From Methyloprofundus sp. (GTDB lineage Bacteria; Pseudomonadota; Gammaproteobacteria; Methylococcales; Methylomonadaceae), in contig WTCM01000074.1 in NCBI GenBank assembly GCA_013138595.1, positions 1 through 61,301 on the forward strand: 61,301 nt of DNA, written 5' to 3'. Numbering within the stretch: position 1 is the stretch's first letter; the number at the start of each line of letters is the position of its first letter. A program made the position numbers and the translations under genes. The notes under the pieces are model-generated. The model was not told the origin of the DNA, ran no database searches, and saw only the letters and a list, made by a program, of their open reading frames with translations. Below, piece by piece: positions 11,115-19,947 of the stretch.

Positions 11115-11220
11115 GTAGGATGGGTAGAGCGTCTTTTTGCGAAACCCATCATTACATGTCGAAAATGATGGGTTTCACTGCGCGCCTAAAAAAACAGGCG
11201 CTCCGATCTACCCATCCTAC
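11115..11220. repeat. REPIN-like element, family A
   Basis: GTAGGATGGGTAGAGCG...GAAACCCATCA...TGATGGGTTTC...TCTACCCATCCTAC. Confidence 0.85.
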
Positions 11221-11263
11221 GGGGTATTTTTTCGCAAAAAGATGGATAGATACCTATGAAAAT

Positions 11264-11321
11264 CCATTGCTTAGAAGGGTGGCAGAAGAGCGTGAGCTAT
11301 CGGGATTGGAAGCTTATGATG
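11264..11321 (+). repeat. Diverged duplicate of the hsdR 3' end
   Basis: Encodes PLLRRVAEERELSGLEAYD, versus PLLRKMAEGRELSGLEAYD at 10932-10989. Confidence 0.85.
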
Positions 11322-11356
11322 GTAAAATTAACTCATTCAAAAAGAAAGGACTTAAG

Positions 11357-11500
11357 ATGTTAGAATTCACTATAAATAATAAAGCTGATTGTATTGATAA
11401 GATTCAAAAATCTCTTGAGCAAGGGTTGCAGGAGATTAAAGAAATGCAATCAGGAGAAAGACCAGAACAGGAACTAAAGAGTTTTTTAGATGAGCTATAA
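11357..11500 (+). CDS. Small acidic helical protein, probable orphan antitoxin
   Basis: AAGGA RBS and ATG at 11357. Ends SLEQGLQEIKEM.SG......LKSFLDEL and overlaps an ATG-AGC-TAT-AAA (MSYK) start, as in RelE-type TA pairs (from recall). Confidence 0.4.
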   Translation: MLEFTINNKADCIDKIQKSLEQGLQEIKEMQSGERPEQELKSFLDEL

Positions 11501-11532
11501 ATTAGTGCCTGAGTTATCAGGTTTAGAGGCTT

Positions 11533-11952
11533 ATGATGAGTAAGTTAGATATATATAAAGCATCCAATGGATCTATAGAGTTTAAAAGTGGTGAATTAGA
11601 AAAAAGTGCAGTTGTTGCAATTTTTGCAACAACTGCTAATGATGGTAAAAGTTATCAGGTTGAATATTACAACCTTGATGTCATTATTTCAATTAGGTAT
11701 AGAGTAGATTCCAAAGAAGCGACACAATTCAGAATTTGGGCGACAAAGGTTTTAAGCGAATATATCTATCATGGATATGCAATCAATAGCGCTAAAATAA
11801 CCCTAAAAACCTCAAATAACTACCACGATAGGTTTTTGATTATAGATAAAACAGAGGCTTATCATATCGGTGCAAGTTTGAAAGACTTAGGTAAAAAGGT
11901 CTTTGCTTTTAGTCAAATTGATATTCAGATGTTGAGGTTTGGTGATGAATAA
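11533..11952 (+). pseudogene. RhuM-like protein, internally deleted, with a C-terminal HDRF (PLD-like) segment
   Basis: ATTANDGKSYQVEYYNLDVIISI.YRV.S.EATQFRIWAT is the RhuM core. It is joined abruptly to HDRFLIID...YHIGASLKDLGKK and is much shorter than the usual family length. Confidence 0.65.
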
Positions 11953-12526
11953 GTTAGTGCCTGAGTTACGGTTTAAGGAGTTTAGTGGGGAGTGGGAGGA
12001 GAAAGAACTTATTGATATTTGTAAAATGCAGGCAGGAAAATTTGTACAGGCATCAGAAATATACAATAATTTCTCGGAAAGTCTTAACCCATGCTTTGGA
12101 GGGAATGGATTACGTGGTTATACAAAAAGCTATACACATATTGGAAATTATCCGCTTATAGGGAGACAAGGTGAGCTTTGCGGAAATATTAAATTTGCTA
12201 TTGGGCAATTTCATGCAACAGAACATGCAGTTGTTTCAGAACCAATAGGAAAAACTAACAGGTTATACTTATATTATTTACTAATAACTTTAAAATTAAA
12301 TCAATATGCAACAGGTCAAGCCCAGCCAGGTTTGTCGGTAAAGGTTTTAGAAAAAGTAAAAGCCAGTGCCCCATCTGATGAAAAAGAACAACAAAAAATC
12401 GCCACTTGCCTCACCTCTCTTGACTCCCTAATAGCAGCCACCTACAAAAAAGAAGCCGCTCTTAAACAACATAAAAAAGGCTTAATGCAACAGCTATTTA
12501 TCAGTGGAGAGGCGCAATGCGATTAA
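11945..12526 (+). CDS. hsdS: Type I RM specificity subunit, half-size (single TRD)
   Basis: VPELRFKEFSGEW at the N-terminus and EQQKIATCLTSLD.LI......LKQHKKGLMQQLF at the C-terminus; only one TRD. Confidence 0.85.
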   Translation: MNKLVPELRFKEFSGEWEEKELIDICKMQAGKFVQASEIYNNFSESLNPCFGGNGLRGYTKSYTHIGNYPLIGRQGELCGNIKFAIGQFHATEHAVVSEPIGKTNRLYLYYLLITLKLNQYATGQAQPGLSVKVLEKVKASAPSDEKEQQKIATCLTSLDSLIAATYKKEAALKQHKKGLMQQLFISGEAQCD

Positions 12527-13263
12527 GCTCTAAAGAGGTAGAAGCGATTATAACAAGCTTTAAAGAAGTCTTTAAAGAGGGAAAAATCACTCTCTTTGGC
12601 TCTCGTGTTGATGATGCGCTAAAAGGGGGCGATATAGATTTATATATCGAGTGCGATGCTCAAGAGAATCTAGTGGAGAAAAAGATAGATTTTTTAGTCT
12701 CACTGAAGCGAAAAATAGGCGAGCAAAAGATAGATGTGCTTATTTCACGCGATAAAAATCGAGCCATAGAACAAGAGGCTTTAAACAAAGGGATAGAGTT
12801 GAACTCTAGGCGATTAAAAATCCAAAAATACATTAATGAGTGTCGAAAACATAAAATTAGAATAGAAAAATCTTATACAAAACTCGAAAAAGTATTCCCC
12901 CTTTCAGCACTAAGATATGAATATTTAAGCGATGAAGAGATAGAAACAATAGATAGTTATCTTTTCAGATTCACCAAACTTCAAGAGACTTTGGGCAATC
13001 AGCTTTTTCGGTTTATTGTTTCTGAGTATGTAGAAAATATCGAACAGCTAACTTTTTTAGATAGGCTGAATCAATTAGAAAAAATAGAGATATTAGAGAG
13101 TGTCAATAGTTGGAAAACATTGATTGATATTAGAAACACTCTATTACATCAATACGATGACGACCCACAAGAGATGGCAGCAACCTTAAATAATATGTTT
13201 GCCTATAAAGCTGAACTTTTAACTCTCTTTGATAGAGTTGATGATTTTTATAAAGGGAGATAA
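12517..13263 (+). CDS. MNT (minimal nucleotidyltransferase)-HEPN fusion protein
   Basis: LFGSR.D....GGDIDL (MNT) in aa 1-95, followed by LFRFTKLQ and RNTLLHQY (R-X4-H-X-Y HEPN). Confidence 0.82.
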   Translation: MRLSSKEVEAIITSFKEVFKEGKITLFGSRVDDALKGGDIDLYIECDAQENLVEKKIDFLVSLKRKIGEQKIDVLISRDKNRAIEQEALNKGIELNSRRLKIQKYINECRKHKIRIEKSYTKLEKVFPLSALRYEYLSDEEIETIDSYLFRFTKLQETLGNQLFRFIVSEYVENIEQLTFLDRLNQLEKIEILESVNSWKTLIDIRNTLLHQYDDDPQEMAATLNNMFAYKAELLTLFDRVDDFYKGR

Positions 13264-13267
13264 CGCT

Positions 13268-13717
13268 ATGATAAAAGAGGTATTTAAGGTTTGTGATCAG
13301 ATGATGAAAAGTTGCGACATTGACCATAATGAACTACAGGCACAAGATATTAATAGTGATTTTTTTGATGACTATACGAATACGAGATTGGTCAATAGCT
13401 TTTTATTTAATTTTGCAAAACTTCAAGATAAAATCGGGGCTAAACTCTTTAGGCAGGTTTTATATGATTTAAAAGAGATTGATAACCCTAATCTATCAAT
13501 GATAGATATTTTAAATCTTTTAGAAAAACTTGAAATTATTGAAGATGTAAAAGATTGGGATAGTTTAAGAGCGATTAGGAATGCTTTAGCGCATGAATAT
13601 CCTTTTGATATAGATGAAAGAATTACAAATATCGAAATAGCAATAGATAGATATTTGATACTCAAAAAAATATATCAAGGTGTGGTGAGTTTCTATTATA
13701 GTAAGGTGACAACATGA
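13268..13717 (+). CDS. Stand-alone HEPN protein, paralogous to the fused HEPN
   Basis: SFLFNFAKLQDKIG and RNALAHEY; AAGGGAG RBS; stop overlaps the hsdM ATG. Confidence 0.8.
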   Translation: MIKEVFKVCDQMMKSCDIDHNELQAQDINSDFFDDYTNTRLVNSFLFNFAKLQDKIGAKLFRQVLYDLKEIDNPNLSMIDILNLLEKLEIIEDVKDWDSLRAIRNALAHEYPFDIDERITNIEIAIDRYLILKKIYQGVVSFYYSKVTT

Positions 13718-15319
13718 GCGATGAACAACAAAAAGAATTAGGCAAAATCCTGTGGGCAATCGCTGATGACCTGCGCGGGGCAATGAATGCAGATGATTTT
13801 AGGGATTATATGCTGTCATTTTTATTTTTGCGTTACCTCTCTGATAATTATGAAACAGCGGTTAAAAAAGAGCTGGGCAATGATTACCCAGAGATTAACG
13901 AGGATAAACAAACGCCTTTGGCTATCTGGTATGAGGCGAATCAAGCAGATATTAAGCCCTTTGAAGAGCAGATGCGTAAAAAAAGTGCATTATGTCATCG
14001 AGCCTCATTATCTGTGGAATGCTATCGCTGAACTAGCGCGCACACAAAGCGATGAACTGCACAAAACCCTAGAAGCTGCCTTTAAATATATAGAGAAGGA
14101 GTCTTTTTCTACCGCGTTTGATGGGCTGTTTTCAGAAATTAACCTCAATTCTGAAAAACTGGGCAAAAACTATTCGGCACGTAATGAGAAGCTTTGTAAA
14201 ATCATCACTAAAATCGCGGAAGGCATTGCTGAGTTTTCCAATGATAGCGATGTGTTGGGCGATGCGTATGAGTATCTTATCGGGCAGTTTGCCGCAGGTG
14301 GGGGCAAAAAAGCGGGGGAATTTTATACCCCACAACAAGCGTCTACGATACTGTCTAAAATTGTCAGTCTTGATAGCCAAGACCCCAGTACAGGCAAAAA
14401 GAAAAAGCTCAACCGTGTATTTGACTTTGCGTGTGGATCGGGTTCACTGCTGTTAAATGTCAGAAAGCAGATGGGTAAGCACGGTGTGGGTAAAATCTAC
14501 GGGCAAGAGAAAAACATCACGACCTTTAACCTTGCGCGTATGAATATGCTCTTACACGGGGTGAAAGATAATGAATTTGAGATACATCACGGGGATTCAC
14601 TGACCAATGAATGGGAGATTTTAGCGGAAGAAAACCCTGCTAAAAAAATACATTTTGATGCGATTGTAGCGAATCCGCCTTTTTCACTGCGTTATGAGCC
14701 AAACGATGAATTAGCCAAGGATTTTAGATTTAAAAATCATGGATTAGCGCCTAAAAGTGCCGCTGATTTTGCTTTTCTATTGCATGGCTTTCACTTTTTA
14801 GATAAACAGGGAACAATGGCAATCATCCTGCCCCATGGGGTTTTATTTAGAGGCGGCGCAGAGGCAAAGATACGCACGAAACTGCTGCAAGATGGGCATA
14901 TAGACACGGTGATAGGTCTACCGTCTAAGCTGTTTTTCTCGACGGGAATCCCTGTGTGTATTTTGGTGCTTAAAAAGTGCAAAAAGAGTGATGATGTGCT
15001 GTTTATTAATGCCAGTGAGCATTTTGAAAAGGGTAAAAAACAAAATCATTTAAGAGATGCCGATATAGATAAGGTAATCAACACTTATCAACATAGAACA
15101 GCAGAAGAGCGATATTCTCGTGCGGTCTCACTGGAAGAGATAGAAAGCAATGATTTTAATTTAAATATTTCCAGATATGTCAGCACCGCAATACCAGAGC
15201 CTATCATTGATTTAGAGGCAGTGCATGGTGAGCTGGTAGCCTTAGAAAAAGAGATTGAACAGTGCCAAGATGAGCATAATGGCTATTTAGAAGAATTAGG
15301 GCTTAAGTTGTTAGTCTAG
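13714..15319 (+). pseudogene. hsdM: Type I RM methyltransferase M subunit with a single +1 frameshift
   Basis: LWAIADDLRGAM, GEFYTP, DFACGSGSLL and ANPPFS. An A7 run at 13978-13984 breaks MRKK|VHYVIEP; A6 would restore the frame. Confidence 0.9.
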
Positions 15320-15341
15320 GGAGTATACAAAGCGTTACAGC

Positions 15342-15389
15342 GTAGGCTGGGTTGGATTTTTTTGCGTCGCAATAAAATCGTAACCCAGC
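15342..15389. repeat. Single GTAG-type REP hairpin
   Basis: GTAGGCTGGGTT...AACCCAGC. Confidence 0.55.
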
Positions 15390-15503
15390 AATGATGACTT
15401 ATTAAGTCATTGATTGTTAATATTTAAAACTACGGTACTGCTGGAAAATTCACCCAAAACGTGTTTTGGACTTCAGTTTTTGGCTGCAAATTTAAACGTG
15501 CAC

Positions 15504-16505
15504 TTAGTGCGCCACCTTAAATTTTGTTGCCACTTGTCGAAAAACGTTATTAAAAACCTTGTAATTTATATCTGCCTCTTCAAGCACATCCGAGATCTCT
15601 TGAAGAGGCTTTCTATATCCCTGCGCTCCCGACCAGTGAGCAAGTGGGTTTCTATTTGGGTTGCTATTAGTTTGAACAGACGATGTCGCGCCTAGTGAAG
15701 CAAAAGTCGCTTCTTGAATAATACCTGCACACTGCAAATAATTACCGACATGAATTAAACGACGCATAAACTCGAACACCTCCCCCCCTTGCTGGCTGGC
15801 AACCTTCCATTTTTTATCAGCATCATCTTTTATTTGCTTTAAATTTTCAGATAGCTTAACCATTTCCTTATTCAGAGATTCGTTGCTCCCATTACTTTCA
15901 TCCCAAGCAATCATCATTGCTATCACCTGCCACTCTCCGTTAATTTCATTAGTGAGTGGGGCTAACAACCGCTGATGCCCCTCCCAAAACACATTAAACT
16001 TCTGATGAGCTTGTGATAATTTATGCCCCATTTGTTCATATTGAGAGCCTGCATGCTTCATAAGGTAAACTGCCGCATTTGCTGCATCTTGTAAATGCTC
16101 CTTATTGCCCCATATATTCAACTCAGGCTCATCATCGTCTATTAGAGTCCAGACAAAAGGTCGCAGCTTACTATGCGCGTGATCACGATTAGAATATACC
16201 GTTTTCACTATACCTGCTATAGCCACAACCCCCAGAGAAATCGCTACTTGCGGACCACCTACTGCAACAACAAATGCTGACGTATTGCCTGCTAATACAG
16301 TGATAGAGGTTCCCATAGCAAGCAACCCTGTAGACGTTGCCGTCTGATCAACTAGGTTAAATGCTGTTCCCCCCCTATTCCCCCTCTTCAATGCCCTCAT
16401 AGGGTGCTGCGATTTACCCCAATCACGCATAGAATGTCTTACTCGCCGTTTTTTTGTTATCCGTACACCACTCAGATCCTTATAATCACTAAATATATTG
16501 CTCAT
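15504..16505 (-). CDS. Hypothetical protein with a hydrophobic hairpin and helical C-terminus
   Basis: 333-aa ORF with AGGA RBS; Gly/Ala/Val-rich segment at about aa 55-102; I recognise no family. Confidence 0.7.
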   Translation of the reverse strand: MSNIFSDYKDLSGVRITKKRRVRHSMRDWGKSQHPMRALKRGNRGGTAFNLVDQTATSTGLLAMGTSITVLAGNTSAFVVAVGGPQVAISLGVVAIAGIVKTVYSNRDHAHSKLRPFVWTLIDDDEPELNIWGNKEHLQDAANAAVYLMKHAGSQYEQMGHKLSQAHQKFNVFWEGHQRLLAPLTNEINGEWQVIAMMIAWDESNGSNESLNKEMVKLSENLKQIKDDADKKWKVASQQGGEVFEFMRRLIHVGNYLQCAGIIQEATFASLGATSSVQTNSNPNRNPLAHWSGAQGYRKPLQEISDVLEEADINYKVFNNVFRQVATKFKVAH

Positions 16506-16580
16506 ATTTATATCCTGTCTAAATCCCTACAATTCTTTATCTTAACCCCTATCTACTTTGAAAACTATATTATCCTTAAG

Positions 16581-16674
16581 GTAGTCAGGGTATTTATCCC
16601 GTTTCAGGCGTTTCAAATTAAAGTTTATAATTTTGTATAGGCTAAACGTTACGGACGAGGTGAATACCTCGCCC
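16581..16674. repeat. REP family B inverted doublet
   Basis: GGGTATTTATCCCGTTTCAGGCGTTT ... AAACGTTACGGACGAGGTGAATACCTCGCCC. Confidence 0.55.
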
Positions 16675-16699
16675 CAGCTCAGGTTGGTATAAGCTCTCA

Positions 16700-18613
16700 T
16701 CATTGCTTAAAAACTAGCTTCGTCTCTGCCTTCTCCAACCAAACTTCAACTGCCTGCTTTAAGTTCGCTCTATCTACCCCACTAAAGCGTGGCTCATCAA
16801 AGCGATAACGATAATGTAACTGAGCGATTGCCTTTAACTCAGGCACATCAATACGCTCTAACCAAGCCCTTATTGATTCATTATTTAAACGTGCCTTTTC
16901 CGTTTTAGCAAAAGTCTTTTCGATTAAAAAAAACTCTGAATCCAAGCCTGGATACATAGCGATATAGGACGAGTCTTTTTTCTTATTAAGCTTGATTAAA
17001 TCACGCCGTGAAATAATCAAACGCCAGATTAGAATAAGCACTAATATCAAGCCTATACTCATCCATAGTCGCTGCTCGCCTACCTCATCTTCAGCCATCG
17101 CTAAGTCATAACGCCATTGTTTATAAATGAAATACAGGTGAGAAAAGAAATCATACAGCGGCTGTAATTCATCCGCTTGCTGGTCTTCCATTGCTAGCCA
17201 ATTTGCTGGGGTAGAGTCCACCGCCTGCCAATAGCCCTCAATTTGCGCGATTGCCCAAGCATGTGCATGACGACGACGTACAATATAAAGCTGCTGACTG
17301 GTGTTATATTCCTGCATCGCATAGCCATTTGCTAAACGCGCGGGAATACCATAACTGCGTAATAAAAAGACGCTGGCAACAGCAAAATATTCACAGTGCC
17401 CTGCTTTACGCTTAAGCACAAAGTCTTGTAAGGCCTTATCGGGATCCGATTCTTTACCTAAGAATAAACTATAGTAATACTGCGTATGAAAATAATGCTC
17501 TATCGCGCTGGCTATCGCACTTGGAGACTGCCCTTCTAATTTCAAGGCTTGCTTAATAGTCTCAATCCAAGGCTGGTGCTGCTTGGGAATTTGTAGATCA
17601 AACTCATGGCTAGGATTGATTTGTAAGCCTGTGTAGTTCACCTGATAGCTGATAAAATCGGGAGCTTCCGTTAATTTCACCGCACCTAAAGGCGTATATT
17701 GTAAGGTCGCACCTTCTAAACCTATAATCTCAGTGGTTCCCGCTGGCAGCGCAAGCAATGTACTTTGCTTGAGTGACTGAAAAACTTCTAAAGACTTAAT
17801 CGGGCTAGAGGTCTGTGCTAAATAATTAGGTGCTTGCTCATTAAATACGCGTAAGGTTGCTAGCCATGAAGCACCTAGATAACGGTCATAACTTGCTTGC
17901 ATCAGCAATTGCGCTTCATCCGATTTAACCCGAAATTCAATTTTATCTGATAATTTAAGTTCCCCTATATCACCAATAGAAGTCATGCTTTTAAAAGGAT
18001 CAGTTTGCCAGTTAACCATCCACTCAATAATTTGTTCGGTCAGTACACCGTGCACTTGGCGCACACCTTGCTGCCCCCAGTAAGACAATCCCGCCGCTAA
18101 GCTTATGAGCATCAGCCAAACGAGAGCTGGGCTATTTTTTGAGCGCTCTGACCACAACATTAAGCTAAAGCCTAAAATACTGAGTATAAAATAATTTAAA
18201 GAAACTTCTTTGACTAAACCTGCTGCTAACCAGCAAATCGCTGCATAGGGCAGTGTAAAGTCTAAAGTCTTTAAACGCTCTCTTTTACGCTTAGAATAAA
18301 ACAGTGTTCCCATCGGTAGTAATTGCTGCACACTATAGTGCTGCGCCAGCAATAAGGGGAGAAAGAAAATCGGCAACCATTCTAAGACAATAAAGACAGG
18401 GCGTTGTACGCTTTCGGTGACAGAAAAAAAGACCAGCACGCCAATAAATAAGACCGTGACAAAGTCCCCAATACGATAAAATTGCTCAACTTTTAGCTGC
18501 CAGCGCCATGATGTCGTCGAGCTTACCGCAATTAAAATCATAATGACGCAAGCGATAACCCAGTGCTCACTTAGCCAGCCCCAGGCGAGTATGGACAATA
18601 AGCAAACGATCAT
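16700..18613 (-). CDS. Membrane-anchored transglutaminase-like protein (TgpA type)
   Basis: Multi-TM N-terminus; catalytic triad in GHCEYFA, HAHAW and DSTP. Confidence 0.88.
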   Translation of the reverse strand: MIVCLLSILAWGWLSEHWVIACVIMILIAVSSTTSWRWQLKVEQFYRIGDFVTVLFIGVLVFFSVTESVQRPVFIVLEWLPIFFLPLLLAQHYSVQQLLPMGTLFYSKRKRERLKTLDFTLPYAAICWLAAGLVKEVSLNYFILSILGFSLMLWSERSKNSPALVWLMLISLAAGLSYWGQQGVRQVHGVLTEQIIEWMVNWQTDPFKSMTSIGDIGELKLSDKIEFRVKSDEAQLLMQASYDRYLGASWLATLRVFNEQAPNYLAQTSSPIKSLEVFQSLKQSTLLALPAGTTEIIGLEGATLQYTPLGAVKLTEAPDFISYQVNYTGLQINPSHEFDLQIPKQHQPWIETIKQALKLEGQSPSAIASAIEHYFHTQYYYSLFLGKESDPDKALQDFVLKRKAGHCEYFAVASVFLLRSYGIPARLANGYAMQEYNTSQQLYIVRRRHAHAWAIAQIEGYWQAVDSTPANWLAMEDQQADELQPLYDFFSHLYFIYKQWRYDLAMAEDEVGEQRLWMSIGLILVLILIWRLIISRRDLIKLNKKKDSSYIAMYPGLDSEFFLIEKTFAKTEKARLNNESIRAWLERIDVPELKAIAQLHYRYRFDEPRFSGVDRANLKQAVEVWLEKAETKLVFKQ

Positions 18614-19944
18614 ATCGCCGCCAAGTCTGCTGCAATTTGCAGGCTATTGATAAGGTAAAAATGCGTAGGTTGATTCTCTAAGTCTTGCTTAATAAGCTGC
18701 CCTTCATGGGCTAAAAAAACCGCCAAAGGGATGCCCTGCGTAAGTATGGATTTGACCAGCTCTTGGCGCTGCGCATCCCAATCGAGTAACACCAGAAAAA
18801 GACTACTGCACTGTGCGGCGTGAGCATTAACGGCATGTTGTAAGCGAATAAATGAGCCAGTTTCACTAGGTTGTACAGCAGCAAGTACCTCCTGTAAATG
18901 TGGCATGTGATCGACTCCACGCCCCGTAGTGAATTGGTATGTTTGATGACCGACAAACATAAGGTCTAATAAAGCATCATTGGGCTGCTTATTGATCGCA
19001 AGGGATGCCGCAACAGAGACAGCGGCTTCAAAAACATCACGGCTTACCATCCCTAATTCTGTATCTAGTATAAGCGCGCGACGTACAAAAAATTCATCTT
19101 GATATTCTTTAACAATCAGCTTGTTATGCCGTGCAAGGCTTTTCCAATGTATACGGTTAATCGCATCGCCATGACGATAATCTCTTAAAGCCATAAATTC
19201 CGTAGAGTCACCCACAGAATTAGCTAAACTAACCCCGCCTTGTTGATAGTTACGCTGTGCTGATAAATGCAAAGGGGCAATAGGATAGCGCTTGGGCAAA
19301 ATAAGACAACTTTGCCTGTTTTCAACAAAATAAAAGCGTTTGAATAAGCCAAATATATCGGGCTTAGCAATATAGGCTCCCGTAAATACCAACTTACCTC
19401 GGCGTATGGGCATACAACTGACTGTTATTTGCTCTGTGTATTGAGTTGATAAAAAAGCAATGTCTTGCTCATTAAGATAAGCGCCGTTACGAAAACGCAG
19501 ATAACGCAGCCATAAACGAAAGCTAATGCTGCGTTTATACCAAGGTCTATGTTGCCGCTGATAGTGTTCAGCAAGTTCTTGGTAGTTAGGGAAAATTTCG
19601 TTTAACTGCTCGCTATACACTAAATGATGATAATTTTTAGCACTGGTATTGCTCACTGAGACTTTATAAGTAAGTAGCTCATCAACCGTAGCATAACGCG
19701 GCAAGTGGCGCTGTACCGTAGCACTAAAGCGATTAAAAAGACTTGCTAAGAGCGCAAAGCAAAAGATAATGCTCAAAAAAACAAACAACTGATAAGTGTT
19801 ACTCGAACGAGTATCCACACCAAACACGCCCGCCATCATCCAAACAATCAGGCATAAATGCCCCATACGAGTGAAATGCACTCGCATCCAGCGACTATAG
19901 CGATAAATCTTTTGGAAGCGGCGTAAGACAAAATTGCTGAGCAT
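18610..19944 (-). CDS. DUF58 domain protein
   Basis: EFMALRDYRHGD....IHWKS.AR...LIVKEY. Confidence 0.9.
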   Translation of the reverse strand: MLSNFVLRRFQKIYRYSRWMRVHFTRMGHLCLIVWMMAGVFGVDTRSSNTYQLFVFLSIIFCFALLASLFNRFSATVQRHLPRYATVDELLTYKVSVSNTSAKNYHHLVYSEQLNEIFPNYQELAEHYQRQHRPWYKRSISFRLWLRYLRFRNGAYLNEQDIAFLSTQYTEQITVSCMPIRRGKLVFTGAYIAKPDIFGLFKRFYFVENRQSCLILPKRYPIAPLHLSAQRNYQQGGVSLANSVGDSTEFMALRDYRHGDAINRIHWKSLARHNKLIVKEYQDEFFVRRALILDTELGMVSRDVFEAAVSVAASLAINKQPNDALLDLMFVGHQTYQFTTGRGVDHMPHLQEVLAAVQPSETGSFIRLQHAVNAHAAQCSSLFLVLLDWDAQRQELVKSILTQGIPLAVFLAHEGQLIKQDLENQPTHFYLINSLQIAADLAAI

Positions 19945-19947
19945 AGC

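Noticed and set aside
11006-11500. 164-aa ORF as a real gene
   Set aside because: It reads through a REPIN and a duplicated hsdR tail; only 11357-11500 has an RBS and a plausible product
13975-13990. Programmed -1 frameshift at AAAAAAG in hsdM
   Set aside because: Restoring the frame needs +1, not -1
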